From Candidatus Peribacteria bacterium (GTDB lineage: Bacteria > Patescibacteriota > Gracilibacteria > Peribacterales > Peribacteraceae): DNA of 64,000 bases. The translations under genes and the position numbers were made by a program. Shown here in pieces: positions 46,226 through 55,241 of the stretch (positions are counted from its first letter, which is position 1; every line of letters begins with the position of its first letter). Below the pieces are notes generated by a model. It was not told the origin of the DNA and made no database searches. It saw only the letters and a program-made list of their open reading frames with translations. The DNA lies in assembly GCA_023245935.1 (NCBI GenBank), contig JAHFJM010000002.1:33135-97134 (forward strand). Reading direction: 5' to 3'.

Positions 46226-46684
46226 TTACCCCATCTTCGCGAAGTGCGCATACGCCTTGTTCGCCTGCGCCATCTTGTAGACGTCTTCTTTCTTCTTCAC
46301 CGCGGCTCCCTGCTCGGTCGATGCTTCGAGGAGTTCCAGAGCCAATTTCTCCGCCATCGGCATTCCCTTCCGTGCGCGAGCCGCCGTCAGAATCCAACGA
46401 ATGGAGAGTGATTGCTGACGCTTCGCGGGAACTTCGGTCGGAACCTGATAGATCGCACCGGCCACGCGCTTCGGTCGAACTTCGACTAAAGGAGTCGTGT
46501 TCACAAGCGCCTTGTTGAAGACATCGAGAGGAGCTTCCTTCGTTCGTGTTTTGATGATCCCGATGGCATCGGCGAAGATCTTTCTCGCAATCGATTTCTT
46601 GCCCTGCTTCATCACGCAGCAGATGAACTTCTCGATCAGCGGATCGGAGCCTTGTGGAATGTATGGTTTCGGGAGGGTAGCCAT
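46226..46684 (-). CDS. rpsG: 30S ribosomal protein S7
   Basis: DPLIEKFICCVMKQGKKSIARKIF...VEVRPKRVAGAIYQVPTEV...RWIL...A. Confidence 0.95.
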   Translation of the reverse strand: MATLPKPYIPQGSDPLIEKFICCVMKQGKKSIARKIFADAIGIIKTRTKEAPLDVFNKALVNTTPLVEVRPKRVAGAIYQVPTEVPAKRQQSLSIRWILTAARARKGMPMAEKLALELLEASTEQGAAVKKKEDVYKMAQANKAYAHFAKMG

Positions 46685-46720
46685 GATGAGCGGGTAGCGG
46701 TAAGCGGATAGCGAGTAGAA

Positions 46721-47140
46721 TTATTTTTTCGGCTTCTTCGCGCCGTACAGGGAACGTCCCTGCTTGCGATCGCGAACGCCTTCGGTGTCGAGAACGCCGC
46801 GAACAATGTGGTAGCGAACACCCGGAAGATCTTTCACACGCCCGCCACGCACGAGAACAACGGAGTGCTCCTGCAAATTGTGTCCTTCACCCATGATGTA
46901 CGCAGTGACTTCTTCGCCGTTCGTCAGACGCACACGGGCGATTTTGCGGAGTGCGGAGTTCGGTTTCTTCGGAGTCATCGTGGTGACTTTCAGGCAGACG
47001 CCGCGCTTCACGGGAGCTCCTTTGACGAGCTTCACGCGCTTCATCTTGAGCGCGTTCCATGTGTGCTGGAGGTTCGGAGCCTTCGTGCGGCGTTTCTGCG
47101 AGACGCGACCGTGACGAACGAGTTGGTTGATGGTAGGCAT
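46721..47140 (-). CDS. rpsL: 30S ribosomal protein S12
   Basis: [12 protein letters not shown]...[68 protein letters not shown]. The track ORF's 41-aa N-terminal extension was discarded. Confidence 0.95.
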   Translation of the reverse strand: MPTINQLVRHGRVSQKRRTKAPNLQHTWNALKMKRVKLVKGAPVKRGVCLKVTTMTPKKPNSALRKIARVRLTNGEEVTAYIMGEGHNLQEHSVVLVRGGRVKDLPGVRYHIVRGVLDTEGVRDRKQGRSLYGAKKPKK

Positions 47141-47195
47141 AACGGGGCTAGATCTTAGAGGATAGAAAAGCGACGGTAAAGGGAGAAAAGGAGTC

Positions 47196-50100
47196 TTACT
47201 TCTTCTTTTTCTTGGCAGCGGCTTCCGCCTGATCTTCTTCGAATCTCTTTCTGTACGTCTCACCGGCGGGAATGAGGCGACCGATGATCACGTTCTCCTT
47301 GAGACCCTTCAGATAGTCGACGTTGCCGGTCGTTGCCGCTTCGACAAGCACGCGGATCGTCTCCTGGAAAGAGGCTCCTGCAAGCCACGATTCGGTGGCA
47401 AGTGATACGCGCGTCAGACCGAGGAGCAGCTGCTCGAACGTTGCTTCTTTCTTCTCCTTCTTGGACTTCAACTTGAGGAGCGCATCATTCGCGCGGCGCA
47501 CGTCGGCGATATCCACGACTTCTCCGGCAAGCAGACTGGTGTCGCCTCCGTCGACGATACGGACTTTGCTGAACATTTTGCGAGCGATGATTTCGAGGTG
47601 CTTGTCGTTGATCGTCTGACCTTGCGAAGCGTAGATGTGCTGCACTTCCTGCACGATGTAATTTTGCACGGCGTAACTCCCCTGCTTCTCGAGCAATTCC
47701 TGCAGGTTGTAGTGACCGGCATTCAGCGCCTGACCGGCTCTGACGATATCGTTGTTCTTGACGAGGAGGGTTTCCCGACTCGTGAATTCGTACGTGCGTT
47801 CTTGGATTTCCGCATGCTTCACGACGATCTTCCCTTGGCTGACTTCCGATACTTTTCCCGGAATCGTGATCTTGATGGTGGACTTGTCCGAGATCGCCTT
47901 GGCGATCACGAAGCGTTCCTTCACGTCGTCGCCTTTCTTCACCATCACCTGGTATCCGGCCGGAACGAAGTACGTGTCCTGTCCGCGATCTTCTCCCGTC
48001 ACGATCACGGTCGATACTCCGCTCTTGTGACTGGCTTTCACCCGTCCGTCGATATCGGAAAGCGTTGCCGGAGTGCGCGGAGGACGAGCCTCGAGAATTT
48101 CTTCGACACGGGTCAATCCTTGCGTGATATCGGAGCCTTCGGCGACGCCTCCCATGTGGAAGGTTCTCATGGTGAGCTGCGTGCCCGGTTCACCGATACT
48201 CTGCGCGGCGATGATGCCGACCGGCGTGCCGATCTTCACCGACTTGTTGTCAGAGAGATCTCTGCCGTAACACTTGATGCAGATGCCTCCGTCCGCGTGA
48301 CACGTGATGACGGAACGCACGAAGACTTCGCTGACTTTGTGCTCGTTGATGAGCGCGATGAGGTCGGCGTCGATATCGTCGTTGCGTTTCGCGAGCACCT
48401 GCTTTCCCATGCACAGATCCTCGTTGAGGGTGCGACCGAAGATGCGGTTCTCGAATTTCTCGCCGATGCGCTCGGAATCGGCACGCGTGATCTTGTGACC
48501 GAAGGTCGATTTGCAATCTTCCTCTTTGATCACGATGTCCTGCACGGCGTCGACCAAGCGACGCGTGAGGTATCCGGCTTCCGCGGTCTTGAGAGCCGTG
48601 TCGGACTTTCCTTTGCGTCCTCCGTGCGTCGCGATGAAGTACTCGAGAATCGTAAATCCTTCCTTCAGGTTACTCTGGATCGGAAGCTCGATGGTGCGTC
48701 CGGACGGGTTTGCCACGAGTCCTTTCATACCGGCGAGCTGCGTGATCTGTCCCCAGTTACCGCGAGCACCGGAGTCGATCATGTACGTGATGCTGTTTGT
48801 CGGCACATCCGTGAATGCCTTGATCATCGTCGATGCGATGTCACCCTTCGCCTTGCTCCAGATGCGGATGGCATGGTGGTAGCGTTCATCGGCGGTGATC
48901 CAACCTTTCCAGTACTGATTGTTGATCTTGCGGACTTTCTCGTTCGCCTCGTCCAAGATGGCATCCTTCTCTTTCGGAACGAGCACATCGGTGATCGAGA
49001 TGGAGATGCCGGACTTCGTCGCATACCGGAAGCCGATATTCTTGATGTCGTTGGCGAGCTTCGACGTACGATCGGTACCGATGACTTCGAGAGCGCGTGC
49101 GATGATCTTGCTGAGCGCATTCTTCTTGAGCGTCTCGTTGATCCTGCCGAGTTCCGGCGGAACGATTTCCTGGAACAGGAGGCGTCCGACCGTCGTTTCG
49201 ACTTGCTCGAATTCACCGTCTTCCCCTTTCGGGAATCGAACGAGAATCTTCGCTCGCAGATCAACCATTCCGTGTTCGTACGCGAGAATCGCTTCGGTCG
49301 GTGCGGCGAATTTCATTGAGTCGCCTTTGAGACCGCCATGCATCGACGTGAGGAAGTAACACCCAAGCACCATGTCTTGTACCGGCGTGATGATCGGCTC
49401 TCCGGCGGAAGGCTTCAGTACGTTCTTCGAAGCATTCATGAGAGTGCTTGCCTCAAGCTGCGCGGCATCGGACAGCGGAACGTGCACGGCCATCTGGTCA
49501 CCGTCGAAGTCTGCGTTGAATGCGGTACAGACGAGCGGGTGCAGCTGGATGGCAAGGCCTTCCACGAGTCTCGGCATGAACGCCTGGATACCGAGACGGT
49601 GGAGCGTCGGCGCGCGGTTGAGGAGGACGAATTTGTTCTGGATGACCTCTTCGAGGATGTCCCACACTTTCTTGCTTCCATCCAAAACCATGCGCTCGGC
49701 GCTTTTGACGTTGTGCGCGAGTTCATCGCGGATGAGGCGTCCGATGACGAACGGCTTGAAGAGTTTCATTGCCATTTCCTTCGGGAGTCCGCACTGATCG
49801 AGATTCAGATCCGGACCGACGACGATGACGGAACGACCCGAGTAGTCCACGCGCTTTCCGAGAAGGTTCTGACGGAAGCGACCCTGCTTTCCTTTCAACA
49901 TGTCCGAGAGGGAGCGGAGCTTCCTGCGATCCCCTGCGGTGAAGAGCGCTTTGCCTGCACGCGCGGAGTTATTGAGGAGCGTGTCGACGGCTTCCTGCAA
50001 CATGCGTTTCTCGTTTCGGTTGATGACTTCCGGCGCACCGATGCTCATCAGTTTCTTCAAGCGATTGTTTCGGTTGATCACGCGGCGGTAGAGATCATTC

Positions 50101-51074
50101 AGGTCGGACGCGGCGAATCTGCCGCCGTCAAGCTGCACCATCGGACGAAGATCCGGAGGGAGCACCGGAATGCGCGTCATCACCATCCACTCCGGCTTGA
50201 TTCCGGCTTGCTTGAGGGATTGCACGAGCTTCAGGCACTTCATCACTTTCTTCAGTCTCTGACCGCTGCTCTGGAGACGCTGCTTCTGGAGCGCTTCCAC
50301 AAGCTTCTCGTTGTCGATGGCTGCGATGATCTCACGGAGCGACTCGGCACCGGTGCCCGCACGGAACAAATGTCCGAATTTCATGTTCATTTCGCGGAAC
50401 TTGAGCTCACTCAGTACGGATCCGATGTGCAGATTCTCCATGTCTTCAAGAGCATCCTTGTGATTGATTTTCAATGTTGCGAGCTTGTCCGCAGTTGCTT
50501 TATCGAGCGCGTCGAGCTGATCGCGTGTCGGCTTGCCTTCCTTCATCGTCTTCAGCTCATCATCGTGCTCACGCTTGATTTGATTCCTGCGTGCGTCGTA
50601 CTCCTGCATCAGTTCTTTCGTGGCTCCCTCTTTCCCTTCCTCATCGACCGTCACGACGATGTACGCGGAGAAGTAGACGATCTGCTCAAGCGTCTTGATC
50701 GAAATATCGAGAAGCAGTCCGAGGCGTGACGGAGAACTTCTGAGGAACCAGATGTGCGTGACCGGAACAGCAAGGTTGATGTGCCCCATGCGCTCGCGAC
50801 GGACGATGCTGCGCGTGACTTCCACTCCGCACTTCTCACAGACGACACCGTTGTAGCGAATGCCTTTGTACTTTCCGCAGAAACACTGGAAGTTCTTCGT
50901 AGGACCGAAGATGCGCTCGCAGAAGAGTCCATCCGGTTCGGCGCGCTGCGTCCTATAGTTCACCGTCTCAGGCTTCGTCACCTCACCGCGGGACCACGTG
51001 AGAATGTCCTCGGGGCTTGCGACACTGAGTGCAACAGCATCGAATGAATCGGAAGTGCGGGGGGTGAACGCCAT
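47196..51074 (-). CDS. rpoC: DNA-directed RNA polymerase subunit beta'
   Basis: Zn-finger region [22 protein letters not shown], catalytic NADFDGDQM, and full-length conservation (1292 aa). Confidence 0.97.
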   Translation of the reverse strand: MAFTPRTSDSFDAVALSVASPEDILTWSRGEVTKPETVNYRTQRAEPDGLFCERIFGPTKNFQCFCGKYKGIRYNGVVCEKCGVEVTRSIVRRERMGHINLAVPVTHIWFLRSSPSRLGLLLDISIKTLEQIVYFSAYIVVTVDEEGKEGATKELMQEYDARRNQIKREHDDELKTMKEGKPTRDQLDALDKATADKLATLKINHKDALEDMENLHIGSVLSELKFREMNMKFGHLFRAGTGAESLREIIAAIDNEKLVEALQKQRLQSSGQRLKKVMKCLKLVQSLKQAGIKPEWMVMTRIPVLPPDLRPMVQLDGGRFAASDLNDLYRRVINRNNRLKKLMSIGAPEVINRNEKRMLQEAVDTLLNNSARAGKALFTAGDRRKLRSLSDMLKGKQGRFRQNLLGKRVDYSGRSVIVVGPDLNLDQCGLPKEMAMKLFKPFVIGRLIRDELAHNVKSAERMVLDGSKKVWDILEEVIQNKFVLLNRAPTLHRLGIQAFMPRLVEGLAIQLHPLVCTAFNADFDGDQMAVHVPLSDAAQLEASTLMNASKNVLKPSAGEPIITPVQDMVLGCYFLTSMHGGLKGDSMKFAAPTEAILAYEHGMVDLRAKILVRFPKGEDGEFEQVETTVGRLLFQEIVPPELGRINETLKKNALSKIIARALEVIGTDRTSKLANDIKNIGFRYATKSGISISITDVLVPKEKDAILDEANEKVRKINNQYWKGWITADERYHHAIRIWSKAKGDIASTMIKAFTDVPTNSITYMIDSGARGNWGQITQLAGMKGLVANPSGRTIELPIQSNLKEGFTILEYFIATHGGRKGKSDTALKTAEAGYLTRRLVDAVQDIVIKEEDCKSTFGHKITRADSERIGEKFENRIFGRTLNEDLCMGKQVLAKRNDDIDADLIALINEHKVSEVFVRSVITCHADGGICIKCYGRDLSDNKSVKIGTPVGIIAAQSIGEPGTQLTMRTFHMGGVAEGSDITQGLTRVEEILEARPPRTPATLSDIDGRVKASHKSGVSTVIVTGEDRGQDTYFVPAGYQVMVKKGDDVKERFVIAKAISDKSTIKITIPGKVSEVSQGKIVVKHAEIQERTYEFTSRETLLVKNNDIVRAGQALNAGHYNLQELLEKQGSYAVQNYIVQEVQHIYASQGQTINDKHLEIIARKMFSKVRIVDGGDTSLLAGEVVDIADVRRANDALLKLKSKKEKKEATFEQLLLGLTRVSLATESWLAGASFQETIRVLVEAATTGNVDYLKGLKENVIIGRLIPAGETYRKRFEEDQAEAAAKKKKK

Positions 51075-51237
51075 ACGAAGGTTGGGGAGGTTGGGTAGGT
51101 GTGGAAGGTTTTATCCACACACGAAGGAACGAAGCGCCGACCGGTGCGTTCGTCTGAAACGCGAGTGGCACTACGTTGATGACCGAATCATAGCGAAAAA
51201 AAGACAGCGTGCAAGAGCAGATGTTGAACCTGCCTCC

Positions 51238-51266
51238 TTGACAGGAAAATCTATCTCACACACTAT
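51238..51266 (+). promoter_or_regulatory. promoter-like TTGACA-N17-CACTAT; the ATG lies 6 nt after the -10 (leaderless-type)
   Basis: The sequence reads ccTTGACAggaaaatctatctcacaCACTATgcgatcATG. Confidence 0.4.
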
Positions 51267-51272
51267 GCGATC

Positions 51273-51590
51273 ATGTCTGATCTTGAATCTACAAAGGGAA
51301 TTCCTGAAAACTTAGAAGATGGTCTTGTTGTGCCAAAGCCTGTAGCTGACATACTCAAAACTTCTTCCGGGGTTCGGCGAAGAGCACGCCCTGTGTTCAG
51401 TAGCATCACTCTCGATGCAGGGAATCCGTGGAACTTACCGGTAAGAGGGCTGAAGGCAACACGGTCATCAAATGAAGTTTCTGAGCATTCAAACGACCCT
51501 CTTGAATTAAAATCAAGAGGAATCGATGTTCCAGAAGGAGTCCGCAATCTTTTAAGTAAAAAAGACGAAGAACAAGGCAACGAGGTGTGA
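51273..51590 (+). CDS. hypothetical hydrophilic protein (105 aa)
   Basis: Preferred over the fully overlapping minus ORF 51263..51580 because of the promoter geometry and its more protein-like acidic composition. Confidence 0.4.
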   Translation: MSDLESTKGIPENLEDGLVVPKPVADILKTSSGVRRRARPVFSSITLDAGNPWNLPVRGLKATRSSNEVSEHSNDPLELKSRGIDVPEGVRNLLSKKDEEQGNEV

Positions 51591-51599
51591 TAGAAAATC

Positions 51600-51956
51600 C
51601 TACTCTTTCGAAGGCTCGATTGTCATCGTCCCAAACAACTTCTCGAACGACCCGTCGTATTTCTTCAGCGCCGAATGGAGCGTGCTCATTTCGTCTTCAC
51701 TGAGAGTGAGCGTCGAGGACGCGTTGAGCATTCCTTTACGGGGATCAACCGTCGCATTCGTCTGATTGGCAAGGTTCACATGCAACACGATGAACGCCGC
51801 GCAACTCTCGCACTTGAGCTGCAGCAGCATGAAATCATCCCCCGTCAGTTTGACGGACGGAAAGTCCACCGAGATATTCGTACCGCACTGCGGACAGCGC
51901 ATCTGTTCGCGAATGCGTGTGAGAATCTGATGCAGAGAATGTGGATTCATTTCCAT
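51600..51956 (-). CDS. zinc-ribbon protein, hypothetical
   Basis: The pairs CPQCG ... CESC are spaced as in a Zn ribbon. Confidence 0.5.
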   Translation of the reverse strand: MEMNPHSLHQILTRIREQMRCPQCGTNISVDFPSVKLTGDDFMLLQLKCESCAAFIVLHVNLANQTNATVDPRKGMLNASSTLTLSEDEMSTLHSALKKYDGSFEKLFGTMTIEPSKE

Positions 51957-52070
51957 CGCTTTCAGTATAGCAGAATATCACCAGTCGGTCAGATCCTTAG
52001 ACACCAGTTTCTCTCTTCCATCAATGCAACCTTCTGACACAAGACATGGGAGACCCGCTAGGATGCAGAC

Positions 52071-52739
52071 GTGACTGTGACGAAAAAAAGAACAGGCAAG
52101 GGAACGAGAAGCTCTGCGAAGCACAAGACGGAGAAGATCGCAGAAGTGGCAACGGCAGTGAGAGCAAAGCCTGTAACAAAAAAAACAGTCGCGATGAAAC
52201 CGGTCGCAACGAGGAAAGAACTGCACCTTGGGATGCACCTCATCATCGCAAGCTCGGCAATCGCAGTGCTGATGCTCCTTGGCATTGTCGATCGCGTGAC
52301 GTTCTCGACACTGCTCAGCAACGCGGCAAATCCGCTCCCCGTCACCATCGGCATTGAACACAACGGATCTGCCGTGCTCGCCGTCGTGATCGCGCGGAAA
52401 ACGAACGCCGGGTATGCATCGATCATCAATGATTCCGGTGAAGGAGTACATGTCAGCGTTCCGTCGGAATGGAAACGCATCGAGGTCACCGGAACAGCAC
52501 TGACGAATGTCACGGAGGATGTCGTTCTTCTCGGCTTCACGCGGTACGCGCTGCCCGCAGGTGCCGGCATAAAGATGCTGTTGCCGCTCGCTCCCTCGGG
52601 GCTCTTCTTCGAAAGCCCTTCAGCATCAACCGCAGCAATCAATCTGCAGACGATCGATCTCACGGATGAGAGCGTCACTCAGCGCACAGTGCTCGTCAAA
52701 GACAAGACACTCGTGAGATTATGGGAGAGCGATGAGTGA
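52071..52739 (+). CDS. membrane-anchored hypothetical protein (Lys-rich N-terminus, one TM, beta-rich ectodomain)
   Basis: GTG start. TM segment LIIASSAIAVLMLLGIV. Its stop overlaps the GTG start of the next gene (GTGA). Confidence 0.5.
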   Translation: MTVTKKRTGKGTRSSAKHKTEKIAEVATAVRAKPVTKKTVAMKPVATRKELHLGMHLIIASSAIAVLMLLGIVDRVTFSTLLSNAANPLPVTIGIEHNGSAVLAVVIARKTNAGYASIINDSGEGVHVSVPSEWKRIEVTGTALTNVTEDVVLLGFTRYALPAGAGIKMLLPLAPSGLFFESPSASTAAINLQTIDLTDESVTQRTVLVKDKTLVRLWESDE

Positions 52740-53539
52740 GCAATCGCTATACTCATCTCATCCAGATCATTCCCATCCGCACAGGCTTGCTTCGAGCAGG
52801 TGACGACCTCGCAGAACAAATTTTGAAGAACGTGAAACTCGAACCGAATGACATTGTCGTTCTTTCCTCGAAAGCAATCGCAACAACGGAAGGAGCAGCC
52901 GTGAATCTAAAAAACGTCATCCCCTCTTCCGAAGCAATCAAGTACTCGAAAACCTGCAATCAGGATCCGCGACTTACCGAAACAGTGCTTGCTGAGATGA
53001 AACGAATGAACGGTGTGGTCGCAAGTACCTGCCCGTTCGCACTGCTCACGTCACTCAAGCCACACGGCATGAAGACAGGAAGAATTCTCTGCCCGAATGC
53101 GGGAATGGATCAGTCGAACATCGAAGAAGGATTCGCAATTGGATGGCCAAAAGATCCCGTACGCTCAGCTCAAGAACTTCGACAATCTTTTGGAGTTCCC
53201 GTCATCATCTCCGACTCCTGCTGCAGACCGTCGCGTCTCGGTGTCACGGCATTCGCTCTCGTCTGCTGCGGCATCGACCCACTGCGAAGTGAAGTAGGAA
53301 AAAAGGATCTCTTCGGAAAGACCATGCGCGTCACGCATGAAGCGATTGCCGATCAACTGGCAACGGCGGCGAATGCGGTCATGGGCAATGCGGCGCAGTG
53401 CACACCGGCTGCGATCATCCGGGATCACGGACTTCCCTCTTCCGATTTCTGCGGATGGGTGGATGGGATAGAGGAGGGGGAGGATATGTTCGGGACAGTC
53501 CTCACCCCCAGCCCCTCTCCGTCTGCCGGAGAGGGGTGA
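52736..53539 (+). CDS. CofE-like protein (F420-0:gamma-glutamyl ligase family)
   Basis: GDDLAEQILKNVKLEPNDIVVLSSKAIATTEG and NAGMDQSN (the NAGID.SN motif). The last 14 codons (…LTPSPSPSAGEG) lie inside the 119-bp repeat. Confidence 0.7.
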   Translation: MSNRYTHLIQIIPIRTGLLRAGDDLAEQILKNVKLEPNDIVVLSSKAIATTEGAAVNLKNVIPSSEAIKYSKTCNQDPRLTETVLAEMKRMNGVVASTCPFALLTSLKPHGMKTGRILCPNAGMDQSNIEEGFAIGWPKDPVRSAQELRQSFGVPVIISDSCCRPSRLGVTAFALVCCGIDPLRSEVGKKDLFGKTMRVTHEAIADQLATAANAVMGNAAQCTPAAIIRDHGLPSSDFCGWVDGIEEGEDMFGTVLTPSPSPSAGEG

Positions 53540-53616
53540 CTCGTGCTTCTCTGATGACGGACATTCCTCTCTTCGCCGCAGCGGAGAGAGGTGGCGCATC
53601 AGCGCCGGAGTGAGGA
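53498..53616 (+). repeat. 119-bp MITE/REP-like structured repeat, copy 1
   Basis: Identical to 55097-55215. Termini are GTCCTCAC...GTGAGGA(C). Internal hairpins: CCCCTCTCCG-tctgc-CGGAGAGGGG, CCTCTCTTCGC-cgca-GCGGAGAGAGG, GGCGC-atca-GCGCC. Confidence 0.85.
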
Positions 53617-53641
53617 CCGATGCGTGCTACACTTTCAATCA

Positions 53642-54355
53642 ATGGTTATCCCTTCCTACTCCACCCGCTGCACGAAGAAAGAATTGGTCGCACCAAACGT
53701 GTATGAGTTAAAGCTTGAGAAGCCGCAGGGGCTGACGTTCAAACCGGGACAGTTCGTTCTCTTCGATGTACCGCTGATCGGAAATCCTACGGACATTCAA
53801 CCGCGTGCATGCTCGATTGCATCGACGCCGGACGAGCAAGAACTGCTCTTTGTCGTGAAGCTGAAAGCGGGAGGACGCATGAGTGAGTGGATCGTTCGCA
53901 GTCTGACGGTCGGTTCGGTCATCACGATGAAAGGACCCTTCGGTCTCTTCACACTGAAACCGACCGATCACGACATCCTCTTCGCCGCAACGGGAGCGGG
54001 CATCGCTCCGTTTCGATCGCAGATTCTCGACGCACTGACGCACGGTGACACGCGCACGATGCATCTCTTCTTCGGGGTCAGAACAAGACAGGATCTTTTC
54101 TGGCACGAAGAATTTGAGTCGCTAGAGAAGCGCTTTACGAACTTTCATCTTCATTATTGCTTGAGCGGGAACGACCCGAATTGGACTGGAGAGAGCGGAC
54201 GGATCCAGAACTTTCTCCCTGCGATGATCCAACACAGAGACAAGACGGATCTCTATGTCTGCGGCGCACCCGAGATGGTGAGCGACATGAAGAAACTGGC
54301 ACTGGAAACGTGGGGCATACCGAAAGCGAACGTGCATGCGGAGGGATATATTTAA
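53642..54355 (+). CDS. FNR-like oxidoreductase (FAD-binding FR-type domain plus NAD(P)-binding domain)
   Basis: RACSIAS (the RxYS-type FAD motif), MKGPFG and FAATGAGIAPF. Start set to MVIPSYS, because the track ORF's N-terminal extension lies in the repeat. Confidence 0.75.
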   Translation: MVIPSYSTRCTKKELVAPNVYELKLEKPQGLTFKPGQFVLFDVPLIGNPTDIQPRACSIASTPDEQELLFVVKLKAGGRMSEWIVRSLTVGSVITMKGPFGLFTLKPTDHDILFAATGAGIAPFRSQILDALTHGDTRTMHLFFGVRTRQDLFWHEEFESLEKRFTNFHLHYCLSGNDPNWTGESGRIQNFLPAMIQHRDKTDLYVCGAPEMVSDMKKLALETWGIPKANVHAEGYI

Positions 54356-54372
54356 GAAGGAGGGAAAAGAGT

Positions 54373-54464
54373 GAAAAGAAACAAAGGAGTAAAAGGAAAT
54401 TTCGCAATTTCAGTCCTTTGAATTTTTGTTTCCTTTTACTCTTTTGCTTCCTTTGTTTCTTTTC
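54373..54464. terminator. long imperfect hairpin between convergent genes (polypurine arm / polypyrimidine arm)
   Basis: The left arm GAAAAGAAACAAAGGA..GTAAAAGGAAA pairs with the right arm TTTCCTTTTAC(tcttttgct)TCCTTTGTTTCTTTTC. About 27 bp pair, with a 9-nt bulge. Confidence 0.5.
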
Positions 54465-54484
54465 ATTCCTTTTATCAGTTCTTC

Positions 54485-55075
54485 CTACAACTTCACCAAG
54501 CCCAGATGCATCTCTTCAAGAACTTTGGGATACCACTCACACTCCAGCGCCTGCACTCGCGCCTTGAGTGTATCGCGTGTGTCAGTCGGAAGAACTGAAC
54601 ACTTTTTTTGTACAATTATCGTGCCCGTATCAACGCCTTCATCGATCAGATGAATCGTCATTCCGGATTCTTTTTCACCGGCAGCGAGAACGAGGTCATG
54701 CGCATGGGCACCCGGATGCTTTGGCAAAAGTGCCGGATGAACATTCAGGATCCGATTCTTCCACTGCTGAACAAACCACGGTGAGAACAGGAACATCCAA
54801 CCCATACAGGCGAGGAAGGGACGAGGGTTAGGGATTGGGGTTAGGGACTCTATTGCAGCATGCAGTCGCTTGTCATACGCTTCGCGATCTTCAGATTTCT
54901 CTCGCTCGACAATGGTCACTGACAATCCAAATTCCTTTGCGGTCTTTACGCAGCCGCGATCGGCTCTGTCTGCAATGAGTCCGAGACAAGTGGCATGCAG
55001 AGAGCCATCGGCAATTCTCTCGAGAACGGCTTTGAAGACCGTGCCCTTCGAGGAGCTGAGGACGATGAAATTCAT
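54485..55075 (-). CDS. purN: phosphoribosylglycinamide formyltransferase
   Basis: VLSSSKGTVFKAVLE...NRILNVHPALLPKHPGAHAH...SGMTIHLIDEGVDTGTII. Start set to MNFIVL, because the 41-aa extension in the track ORF is the 119-bp repeat. Confidence 0.9.
   Translation of the reverse strand: MNFIVLSSSKGTVFKAVLERIADGSLHATCLGLIADRADRGCVKTAKEFGLSVTIVEREKSEDREAYDKRLHAAIESLTPIPNPRPFLACMGWMFLFSPWFVQQWKNRILNVHPALLPKHPGAHAHDLVLAAGEKESGMTIHLIDEGVDTGTIIVQKKCSVLPTDTRDTLKARVQALECEWYPKVLEEMHLGLVKL
54824..54847 (+). repeat. telomere-like G-quadruplex motif GGGTTAGGGATTGGGGTTAGGG (copy 2 of 2), inside purN
   Basis: The sequence reads gagggttagggattggggttaggga. On the coding (minus) strand it encodes the linker LTPIPNPRP. 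Confidence 0.7.
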
Positions 55076-55096
55076 GAGGGAAGGATAGCACATACG

Positions 55097-55215
55097 GTCC
55101 TCACCCCCAGCCCCTCTCCGTCTGCCGGAGAGGGGTGACTCGTGCTTCTCTGATGACGGACATTCCTCTCTTCGCCGCAGCGGAGAGAGGTGGCGCATCA
55201 GCGCCGGAGTGAGGA
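55097..55215 (+). repeat. 119-bp MITE/REP-like structured repeat, copy 2
   Basis: Base-for-base identical to 53498-53616 and in the same orientation. Lies between the purN start and the carA stop. Confidence 0.85.
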
Positions 55216-55241
55216 TCGTTGCTGAGAAGCGATGAGGGCTA

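Noticed and set aside
47598-50729. Two very long plus-strand ORFs (573 aa and 463 aa) inside rpoC. Similar long antisense ORFs occur at 33280..34638 (glyQS), 43543..44286 (fusA), 11926..12726 (dehydrogenase), 23146..24165 (methyltransferase), 32132..33007 and 17950..18768.
   Set aside because: All lie opposite genes with strong, full-length family signatures, and all have Arg/Leu/Asp/His-biased junk-like sequences. The likely cause is codon bias suppressing stop codons on the antisense strand.
53165-53599. Minus-strand ORF starting MRHLSPLRRREECPSSEKHESPLSGRRRGAGGED. The same peptide appears as an N-terminal extension of purN (track ORF 54485..55198).
   Set aside because: The shared peptide is the translation of the 119-bp structured repeat. 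purN has a normal start at 55075, and the 53165..53599 ORF is antisense to the CofE-like gene.
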